Shown here one piece after another: positions 57,274-64,000 of a DNA stretch of 64,000 nt. Below the pieces are notes generated by a model, which made no database searches, was not told the DNA's origin, and saw only the letters and a program-made list of their open reading frames with translations. Each line of letters opens with the position of its first letter. Positions within the stretch are counted from its first letter, which is position 1. The translations under genes and the position numbers were made by a program. This stretch comes from Candidatus Dormiibacterota bacterium (GTDB lineage: Bacteria; Chloroflexota; Dormibacteria; Dormibacterales; Dormibacteraceae): positions 19,490 to 83,489 of the forward strand of contig PNAG01000028.1 in the NCBI GenBank assembly GCA_003169845.1. The letters are read 5' to 3'.

Positions 57274-59357
57274 CGTTTGCGGCCCCCTCGCCAGTTTCCC
57301 CGGACCATCGTCTTCTGCTTGGGCGCCGCCGCTATCGCCATCGCCACCGCCCCATCCTCTTCGGAATCCTTGCCCGTCACCTCGCCGGAGAGTCGCTTGC
57401 GCAAGAGGATGATCCGGTCCCGCACCCGGGCGGCATCCTCGAACTGCAGCTCCTTCGACAGGCGGCGCATCTCCTTCTCCAGGTCGCGCACGATCGCCAG
57501 CAGGTCTTCTCGCGGGACGCCCGCGCCGGCCATGATCTCCACCGCATCCGCCTGGAGGTCGTTCGCGTTGATCTCCATCTGGTAGATCGCCTTCTTCACC
57601 GTCTCCGGCGTGATGCCCCGCTCGGCGTTGTAAGCGATCTGCTTGTTGCGCCGGCGCTCGGTTTCATCGAGGGCCTGGCGCATCGAGTCGGTGATCTTGT
57701 CCGCGTACATCACGACGTGCCCGTCGACGTTGCGCGCCGCGCGTCCGATGGTCTGAATGAACGAGCGGTAGGCGCGGAGGTAACCCTCCTTGTCGGCGTC
57801 GAGGATGCCGATGAACGCGACCTCCGGCAGGTCCAGGCCTTCGCGCAGCAGGTTGATGCCGACCACGACGTCCACCGCGCCCGTGCGCAGGTCCCGCAGC
57901 ACGTCGAGGCGCTCCATCGCGTCGAGCTCCGAGTGCAGGTAGCGCACCTTCACGCCGTACTCGCGCAGGTAGTCCGCAAGGTCTTCGGCGAAGCGCTTCG
58001 TGAGGGTGGTCACCAGCGAGCGGTGGCCAAGCTCAGCGCGCCTCTTCACCTCGGCCAGCAGGTCGTCGATCTGGCCTGCGGTGGGCCGCACCTCGACTGT
58101 CGGATCGACGAGGCCCGTCGGTCGCACCACCATCTCCACCGTGCGCTGCGAGCGACGGATCTCGTACGACCCTGGCGTAGCCGAGACATAGACGACGTCG
58201 TGCGCGCGCTCCTCCCATTCGTCGAAGCTCAAAGGACGGTTGTCGAATGCGCTCGGGAGGCGGAACCCGTACTCGACGAGGGCCGCCTTCCGCGAGCGGT
58301 CACCGCCCAGCATGCCGCCGATCTGAGGCACGGCGACATGCGACTCGTCGACGAAGATGATCGTGTCGTCCGGCAGGAAATCCATCAGCGTGTACGGCGC
58401 GTCCCCTGGGCTGCGTCGCGTGAGATGCATCGAGTAGTTCTCGATACCCGCGCACGTTCCGGTCTCGCGCATCATCTCGAGGTCGAAGTTGGTGCGCTGC
58501 CGCAGCCGCTGAGCCTCCAGCAGCCGGCCGTGCTCCTCGAACCACTTGCAGCGCTCCTCGAGCTCCGCCTCGATGTCGACCATCGCCAGGCGCAGCTTGT
58601 CCGCCGGCGTGACGTAGTGAGACGCGGGAAAGATCGTGAAATCGTTGCGCGTGCCGAGGATCTCGCCGGTGACCGCATCGAGCTCCTGGATCCGTTCGAT
58701 CTCGTCGCCGAAGAACTCGACCCGGTAGACCTTCTCCTCATTTGCCGGCACCAGGTCGACGACGTCACCGCGCACCCTGAAGCGAAGGCGCGCAAGGTCG
58801 TAATCGTTGCGCTCGTACAGCATCTCGGTGAGCTTGCGCAGGAACACCTCGCGGCGGATCGTCTGCCCTTTCTCGACGTGCAACGACTCGCCCATGTAAT
58901 CCTCGACCGAGCCGACGCCGTAGATGCAGCTGATGCTGGCCACGACCAGCACGTCGCGCCTTGTGAGCAGCGCTTGCGTCGTCGAGTGGCGCATGCGGTC
59001 GATCTCTTCGTTCCGGCTCGAATCCTTTTCGATGTACGTGTCGGAGCGGGCGATGTACGCCTCTGGCTGGTAGTAGTCGTAGTAGCTGACGAAGTACTCG
59101 ACCGCGTTGTCGGGCAGGAGGTGGCGGAACTCCGCGCACAGCTGTGCGGCCAGCGTCTTGTTGGGACTCAGCACGAGCACGGGTCGCTGCAGCTGCTCGA
59201 CGGCCCAGGCCATGACGTTGGTCTTGCCGCTTCCGGTGACCCCTGCCAGGACTTGCTGGGTCAGCCCGGAGCGCACGCCGTCAACCAGCTGCTCGATGGC
59301 TTGAGGCTGGTCCCCGGCCGGCTTGAAGGGTGCGTCGACACGAAAGCTGGAGGGCAT
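57267..59357 (-). CDS. uvrB: Excinuclease ABC subunit B
   Basis: 696 aa with helicase motifs (GVTGSGKT, DESH), beta-hairpin region, and a C-terminal UVR domain. Confidence 0.97.
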   Translation of the reverse strand: MPSSFRVDAPFKPAGDQPQAIEQLVDGVRSGLTQQVLAGVTGSGKTNVMAWAVEQLQRPVLVLSPNKTLAAQLCAEFRHLLPDNAVEYFVSYYDYYQPEAYIARSDTYIEKDSSRNEEIDRMRHSTTQALLTRRDVLVVASISCIYGVGSVEDYMGESLHVEKGQTIRREVFLRKLTEMLYERNDYDLARLRFRVRGDVVDLVPANEEKVYRVEFFGDEIERIQELDAVTGEILGTRNDFTIFPASHYVTPADKLRLAMVDIEAELEERCKWFEEHGRLLEAQRLRQRTNFDLEMMRETGTCAGIENYSMHLTRRSPGDAPYTLMDFLPDDTIIFVDESHVAVPQIGGMLGGDRSRKAALVEYGFRLPSAFDNRPLSFDEWEERAHDVVYVSATPGSYEIRRSQRTVEMVVRPTGLVDPTVEVRPTAGQIDDLLAEVKRRAELGHRSLVTTLTKRFAEDLADYLREYGVKVRYLHSELDAMERLDVLRDLRTGAVDVVVGINLLREGLDLPEVAFIGILDADKEGYLRAYRSFIQTIGRAARNVDGHVVMYADKITDSMRQALDETERRRNKQIAYNAERGITPETVKKAIYQMEINANDLQADAVEIMAGAGVPREDLLAIVRDLEKEMRRLSKELQFEDAARVRDRIILLRKRLSGEVTGKDSEEDGAVAMAIAAAPKQKTMVRGNWRGGRKRQ

Positions 59358-59378
59358 TGGAGAGAACTGATTCTAAGG

Positions 59379-59392
59379 CGAACGGACGTTCG
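59379..59392 (-). promoter_or_regulatory. LexA (Cheo-type) SOS box upstream of uvrB
   Basis: Perfect palindrome CGAAC-GGAC-GTTCG. On the minus strand it is followed by TAGAAT and then 12 nt to the ATG. Confidence 0.7.
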
Positions 59393-59416
59393 ACGAGAGG
59401 CCGCCACCAGCGTTGA

Positions 59417-60682
59417 TCAGGGTAGGGCGAGGATCATGGCCTCCACGATCGTCCCTTCCTTGATTCCTTGATCTCCTGGCGGGATGCGCACCAGCGCGTG
59501 TGCTCCCGCCAGCGACATGAGGCGCGACGAGGACTGGGAGCCGGTTGATACGCCGACCAGATCCCGACCTTCGCGTCGCAGGGTGACGCGCTGGTACTCG
59601 GTGCGGTCAGCTGTTGCTCGGGCGTCGTAGCCGAGGCGGACCGGCAGGGTGGGGCGTTGAAGCTGTGAGTAGCCCTGCATCTTTCGCAGCGCCGGCCGGA
59701 CGAAAACCTCGAAGGTGACGAGCGACGAAACGGGAAAACCGGGCAGACCGAACGCGACTTTTTCCCTCCCCCCATCGGGTGGAGGGCCAGGGTGAGGGGC
59801 TGAAACTCGCATCCGGGCGGGGATGGTCGCGAAAGTGAATGGCTTCCCCGGCTTCAGCTTGACCCGCCCGACGTGAACGTCGCCGAGGGACTCGAGCAGC
59901 GGCTTGATGAGATCGTGGGTGCCGACCGAGACACCGCCCGACGTGACCAGGACGTCCGCTCCCTCGAGTGCATCGACGACGAGGCGCCTCAGCGCTTCGG
60001 GCTCGTCCGGACCGATGCCGAGCAGTCGCACCTCTGCACCGGCGTCGCGCAGCGCCGCGAGGAGAGCCCACCGGTTGGAATCGGGGATCTGTCCGCGCGC
60101 AGGCTTCTTCCCCACCTCGACGAGCTCGTCGCCGGTGGACAGCAGCGCGACGCGTGGGCGGCGCCCGACCGGCAGGTCTGCCCGACCGAGCGCTGCCGCC
60201 AGCCCGATCTCCGCCGCGCCAAGCACCGTGCCGGCCCGGAGCACTTCCTCTCCGGCGCGCAGGTCGGCGCCGGGTGCGTGAAAGTTCTGTCCCGCCACGA
60301 GACCCGCCGGGATTTTGACGACCTCCCCGCTCAACTCGACGTCCTCGACCATCACGACACAATCCGTGCCGTCGGGCAGAACCCCTCCCGTCAGGATGCG
60401 GATCGCCGTGCCCGGCTGAACCTTGCTGTCGAACGGCCGACCGGCCGCCGACTCCCCGACCACCCGCAGCGACTTCCCACCGTCCACGGCCCGGACGGCA
60501 TACCCGTCGACAGCGCTCGAAGGAAAGGCGGGAAGCGGCGCCGAAGCCACGAGTTCCTCGGCCAGCACCCGGCCGGGACAGTCGCTAAGAGGAACCCGTT
60601 CCGCACCCAGGACAGGCGCGTGCGCGAGCACCAGCGCAGCGGCGGCGCCGGCATCGACCAGCGGGTAGGCGGAGGCCCTCAC
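59417..60682 (-). CDS. moeA: Molybdopterin molybdotransferase MoeA (with ~18 aa in-frame repeat-derived insertion)
   Basis: 421 aa with motifs SAVDGYAV, STGDELV, TSGGVSVG, KPGKP....GLPGFPVSS. Confidence 0.88.
   Translation of the reverse strand: MRASAYPLVDAGAAAALVLAHAPVLGAERVPLSDCPGRVLAEELVASAPLPAFPSSAVDGYAVRAVDGGKSLRVVGESAAGRPFDSKVQPGTAIRILTGGVLPDGTDCVVMVEDVELSGEVVKIPAGLVAGQNFHAPGADLRAGEEVLRAGTVLGAAEIGLAAALGRADLPVGRRPRVALLSTGDELVEVGKKPARGQIPDSNRWALLAALRDAGAEVRLLGIGPDEPEALRRLVVDALEGADVLVTSGGVSVGTHDLIKPLLESLGDVHVGRVKLKPGKPFTFATIPARMRVSAPHPGPPPDGGREKVAFGLPGFPVSSLVTFEVFVRPALRKMQGYSQLQRPTLPVRLGYDARATADRTEYQRVTLRREGRDLVGVSTGSQSSSRLMSLAGAHALVRIPPGDQGIKEGTIVEAMILALP
59759..59802 (+). repeat. G/C-rich palindromic repeat, copy F (inside moeA coding sequence)
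   Basis: TTTTTCCCTCCCCCCATCGGGTGGAGGGCCAGGGTGAGGGGCTG. It shares the TTTTTCCC(C)TCCCCC head with copy G, which lies 900 bp away. Confidence 0.65.
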
Positions 60683-60683
60683 T

Positions 60684-60741
60684 TTTTCCCCTCCCCCGCA
60701 AGGGAGAGAGTGGCCCGAAGGGCCGGGTGGGGAGACGACCC
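60684..60741 (+). repeat. G/C-rich palindromic repeat, copy G
   Basis: TTTTTCCCCTCCCCCGCAAGGGAGAGAGTGGCCCGAAGGGCCGGGTGGGGAGACGACCCCC, between the ABC transporter stop and the moeA start. Confidence 0.65.
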
Positions 60742-60742
60742 C

Positions 60743-63025
60743 CTATTCGTAGCGAAGGGCTCGAGCCGGGTCTTGTCTGGCGGCCCGCAACGCGGGAAGA
60801 AGTCCGCTGACCGTGCTGAGCACGACCGCCACCACCAGTCCCGCCGCCACAACCCAGAAGTCGGTCCTGAAAACGTCGAAACCGGTCCCCGCCACCGACT
60901 GCGTGAGCCGGTCGACGACAGCGTTGCCGAGCCGGCCCAGCCCGACCGCGATGAGAATCCCGACCAGGCCCCCCGCGAGCCCGATGAACGCGGCTTCCGC
61001 AACGAACATCTGCAGCACGTCACGCCGCCGCGCACCGAGGGCCTTCAGCACGCCGATCTCCTTAGTGCGTTCCAGGACCGCGGTGTACATCGTGTTCGCG
61101 ATGCCCAGACAGGCCAGCAGAAGAGCCACCAACGCAAGGCCCAGCAGCGCTACGCGCATCTTTCCGAGCAGGTCCTCGAAGCTGCGGAACTGGTCGCCGA
61201 ATGTCTGGGCCTGGAACCCGAGCGCCTCCACCCGCTGCTGCAGACTCCCGACCGCCAGGCCCGAATCGGCCAGGAGCGTGATGGTCGAAAACTCGCCGCC
61301 CTTCCAACCGTTTGCCCTGGCCAGTAGCGCCCAGTAGTCGCGCTCGGTGGCGTACGGCGCCATGCCACCCGGAGCTCCGGCCGGCATGGCATTGCCCGAC
61401 ACGATGCCCACGACGATCAGCTTCAGGTCGATCGGGCGAGTGACGGGATTACGCGTCACTCCGGGCACCATGAGCACGCCGGAGGCGGCGGTGTACACCA
61501 CCTGCGTGCCGATCGCGCCGCGTGCGGACAGGAATCCCAGCGCGGTCGCTTCGCTGTCGGTGAGCAGCACCTCGCCGGCAGAGTCGGATCGAGGCAGGCG
61601 GCCGGCACTCAGGACCGGCATCACGCTCGACGACTCGATCGGCGCAAGCGAGACGAGCGCGCCTGAAAGAGCGGGCGGCGGGGTGCCGGCCGATCCCGCG
61701 GGCGTTCCCGTGGTGAAGGTTCCACTCATCGACAGCTGGCCCCAGGCGGCGCTCACGTGGGGTTGCGCGGCGAGCGTTGTCAGGGTGGCGGCATCGAACG
61801 CGCCGGAACGCGAGTCGGCCGCCGGGTAGACCTCGACCTGGTGCACCTGGCTGGTGACGAGCGCGGGGGCGCTCAGAGCGCCCTGGAGCCCACCCGCGAG
61901 CGCGACGATCAGGCTCATCGCGGCGATGCCGATCGCGACCCCGGTCGTGGTCAGCGTGGTCCGCAGGGGCCGGCGTCCGGCGCTGCCAAGGCCAACCTTG
62001 AGCGTGTCGCGCCAATGCAGGCGCGCGGCCGGATCGACCGGCTCTTGCTTGCGCACAGTCGGGTTGCCGGCATCCAGCTCGATCGCCCGGCCGTCGATCA
62101 TCCTGACCACCCGGCGCGCGCGCCGAGCCACCTCAGGGTCGTGGGTGACCAGCACGACGGTCGCCCCCCGGCGGTTGAGGTCCTCGAGCAGGTTGAGAAC
62201 GCCTTCGCCCGCCGCCGAGTCCAGGCTTCCCGTGGGTTCGTCGGCGAGGATCAGGCCCGGCCGGTTGGCCAGTGCTCGAGCCACCGCAACCTTCTGCTGC
62301 TCGCCGCCTGATAGCAGGCGGGCGCGGGTGCGGGCGCGATGTTCGAGACCGACGAGCGCGAGCAGGTGCCGGGCACGCCGGCGCCTTTCTTGTAGCTCCA
62401 CCCCCGCCAGCGTGAGAGGCAGGGCGACGTTGTCCTCGACGGTCATGGAAGGGATCAGGTTGAAGGTCTGGAAGATCGTGCTCACGCGCTGGAGGCGGTA
62501 GTCGGCGAGGTCGTGCTCGGAGAGCTCTCCCAGAGGAAGCCCGGCGCCGTAGACGTGGCCGGAGGTCGGGCGGTCGAGGCCGCCCATCAGCGACAGCAAG
62601 GTCGTCTTGCCGCAGCCCGAAGGGCCGACGACCGAGACGAACTCGCACGGCCCAATCTCCAGGGACACGTTCCTCAGAGCGCTCACGTGCATCTCGTCGT
62701 TGCCACCGAACTCTCGCGAGACGGAGTCGAGACGGAGGCCCACCGCCTGGCCGAGAAGATCCTTGAAGTCGTCCGGGACGGCCACCGAGGGCGGGAGCAG
62801 GGTCGCGTGGCTCACCTCGGTCTCGAGCTCAGGCAGCACAGCCATACTGACCGCGTCGGACTCGGCGATCGGCGCCTGCGTCAGCTCGACGCCGCTGCCG
62901 TTCCCGTTCCCGCCGGCGGCATGCTCGAGGGCGGCGGCGGCTTCGCGGCGCGCCCGGCGGCGGCGGCGCTTTTTGGTGCCGCTGGAGTCGCCTGGATCCT
63001 CGGCTAGAGTTGCCACCCCGTCCAT
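60743..63025 (-). CDS. MacB-type fused ABC transporter (N-terminal ATPase + FtsX-like permease)
   Basis: Walker [10 protein letters not shown], signature LSGGEQQ, Walker B LILADEPT, and a C-terminal FtsX 4-TM module. The first ~80 aa are low complexity, so the true start may be internal. Confidence 0.85.
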   Translation of the reverse strand: MDGVATLAEDPGDSSGTKKRRRRRARREAAAALEHAAGGNGNGSGVELTQAPIAESDAVSMAVLPELETEVSHATLLPPSVAVPDDFKDLLGQAVGLRLDSVSREFGGNDEMHVSALRNVSLEIGPCEFVSVVGPSGCGKTTLLSLMGGLDRPTSGHVYGAGLPLGELSEHDLADYRLQRVSTIFQTFNLIPSMTVEDNVALPLTLAGVELQERRRRARHLLALVGLEHRARTRARLLSGGEQQKVAVARALANRPGLILADEPTGSLDSAAGEGVLNLLEDLNRRGATVVLVTHDPEVARRARRVVRMIDGRAIELDAGNPTVRKQEPVDPAARLHWRDTLKVGLGSAGRRPLRTTLTTTGVAIGIAAMSLIVALAGGLQGALSAPALVTSQVHQVEVYPAADSRSGAFDAATLTTLAAQPHVSAAWGQLSMSGTFTTGTPAGSAGTPPPALSGALVSLAPIESSSVMPVLSAGRLPRSDSAGEVLLTDSEATALGFLSARGAIGTQVVYTAASGVLMVPGVTRNPVTRPIDLKLIVVGIVSGNAMPAGAPGGMAPYATERDYWALLARANGWKGGEFSTITLLADSGLAVGSLQQRVEALGFQAQTFGDQFRSFEDLLGKMRVALLGLALVALLLACLGIANTMYTAVLERTKEIGVLKALGARRRDVLQMFVAEAAFIGLAGGLVGILIAVGLGRLGNAVVDRLTQSVAGTGFDVFRTDFWVVAAGLVVAVVLSTVSGLLPALRAARQDPARALRYE

Positions 63026-63048
63026 GAGTCTAAGTGCTGACTTAACGC

Positions 63049-63393
63049 TTATCGGGCTTCTTGGGTTACTTGGTCTACGAGCCAGTTCAGATAGTCGGGC
63101 GACCCGCCCTCGACGCCGATCTGAAGGATCTCGGGCAGCTCGTAGTCATGATGAGTCCGGACATATTCCTGAACCGCGGCCGCCCTCGACTCGACAGTCT
63201 TCACGAGCAGCAATGCCTCATGTTCACGCTTCAGCTGGCCCTCCCAGTAATAAACGGAATGCACGGTCGAGATGACGGAGCAGCACCCGGCGAGATGCTC
63301 GACCACCAGGGCCTCCCCCAGCTTCTCGGCATCGTTCCGGCCACCGGTTGTCACCATGATCAATACGGCCCTGTCGCCCACGCCATCCTGCAC
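63049..63393 (-). CDS. cutA: Divalent-cation tolerance protein CutA
   Basis: 114 aa. The pattern LAGCCSVIS.V.SVYYWEG....E.E..LLVKT...........H.YE.PEI is typical of CutA1. Confidence 0.85.
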   Translation of the reverse strand: MQDGVGDRAVLIMVTTGGRNDAEKLGEALVVEHLAGCCSVISTVHSVYYWEGQLKREHEALLLVKTVESRAAAVQEYVRTHHDYELPEILQIGVEGGSPDYLNWLVDQVTQEAR

Positions 63394-63396
63394 GCC

Positions 63397-63996
63397 CTAA
63401 TTCTCGGCTTTTCTCGGCCGGTCCAGCCAGACCGTGGCCGCCACGAGAGCTATCCCGCCGAGCAGAAGGCCTCCGATCACGTCCGACTCCCAGTGGACGT
63501 CGAGGTACAGGCGGTCGAACGCGACGATGACGATGATCACGATCGCGACGGGGATGGCGAGCCACCTCACCACTGGCGAGGGTGCGAGGCGCCGGATGAC
63601 GAATGCGAGCAGGCCGTACGCCACCACCGTGCGCACCATGTGGCCGCTGGGAAAGCTGTTGCCGTGCCCGCTGCCCGGAAGCAGATCGGTCAGGCTCGGA
63701 CCGTCTGGATGCGAGAGCGAAAACGGCGGGCCCGGGTGGAAGAACAAGGACTTGTAGAGAATCTCGAGCACGACGGCGCCGGCGAACGCGCCGACGACCA
63801 GCGCGTCCGCGCCGAAGCCGCCGCGCCACAGATAGATGAAGAGGGCAAGCATGAGCATGGAGGTCAGCTCGAGGCCGCCCAGCTCCGCGATCAGCTGAAA
63901 CGGAACGTGCAGAGATTCCTGCCAGATGCTGTGCATCGCTTGCGCGACCTGGTGGTCGAGCGTCGTGAAAGCTCCAGCCGTGATCGCAATTGTCAT
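63397..63996 (-). CDS. PAP2-family (type 2 phosphatidic acid) phosphatase
   Basis: Motifs SFPSGH and DRLYLDVHWESDVIGG, with multiple TM helices. The start lies 4 nt from the window edge, so the N-terminus may be incomplete. Confidence 0.75.
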   Translation of the reverse strand: MTIAITAGAFTTLDHQVAQAMHSIWQESLHVPFQLIAELGGLELTSMLMLALFIYLWRGGFGADALVVGAFAGAVVLEILYKSLFFHPGPPFSLSHPDGPSLTDLLPGSGHGNSFPSGHMVRTVVAYGLLAFVIRRLAPSPVVRWLAIPVAIVIIVIVAFDRLYLDVHWESDVIGGLLLGGIALVAATVWLDRPRKAEN

Positions 63997-64000
63997 CGCG

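Overview
A 64 kb segment of a high-GC bacterial chromosome (roughly two-thirds G+C by eye). Gene content and synteny look Actinomycetota/Chloroflexota-like: whiA-gap-pgk-tpiA-secG, uvrC-rapZ, and DUF222-HNH genes. Coding is dense and mostly on the minus strand. All product calls rest on motif recognition in the supplied translations; no searches were run.

Main blocks:
- (1) mnmA, a flavoprotein, and a thrC-like / MoaD-like / NIL-domain trio.
- (2) A ~13 kb, 15-gene co-directional string trpE-G-D-C-F-B-A, aroH, DAHP synthase, tyrA and aroA, followed by four non-pathway genes (B3/B4 domain, NUDIX-like, aldo-keto reductase, enolase-superfamily OSBS/NSAR). Nearly all junctions overlap or abut.
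- (3) An ECF sigma module.
- (4) An NAD-type formate dehydrogenase operon. Its catalytic subunit carries an in-frame TGA with a SECIS-like hairpin, so it is a selenoprotein that the ORF track splits. Its FdhA is also split and encoded in permuted order.
- (5) A lower-GC 2H-phosphoesterase gene next to one of two DUF222-HNH paralogs. Both HNH genes carry a conserved SOS-box-like motif inside a leaderless-type promoter.
- (6) A glycolytic/whiA cluster.
- (7) An accessory-looking block: orphan E1-beta, M24 peptidase, two APC permeases, truncated KdpD/KdpE, and an epimerase. It interrupts the usual uvrC-rapZ-yvcK-whiA synteny.
- (8) uvrC, uvrA and uvrB all within 11 kb; uvrB has a perfect GAAC-N4-GTTC box.
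- (9) moeA, a MacB-type ABC transporter, cutA and a PAP2 phosphatase.

Structure not explained by genes:
- A dispersed family of at least 7 G/C-rich palindromic repeats with G-quadruplex-type G-runs. One copy sits in frame inside moeA.
- Several genes whose conserved N-termini can only be recovered with CTG/ATT/ATC starts, twice as CTGA stop/start overlaps.

No rRNA, tRNA, CRISPR array, transposase or recognisable defence system was seen.
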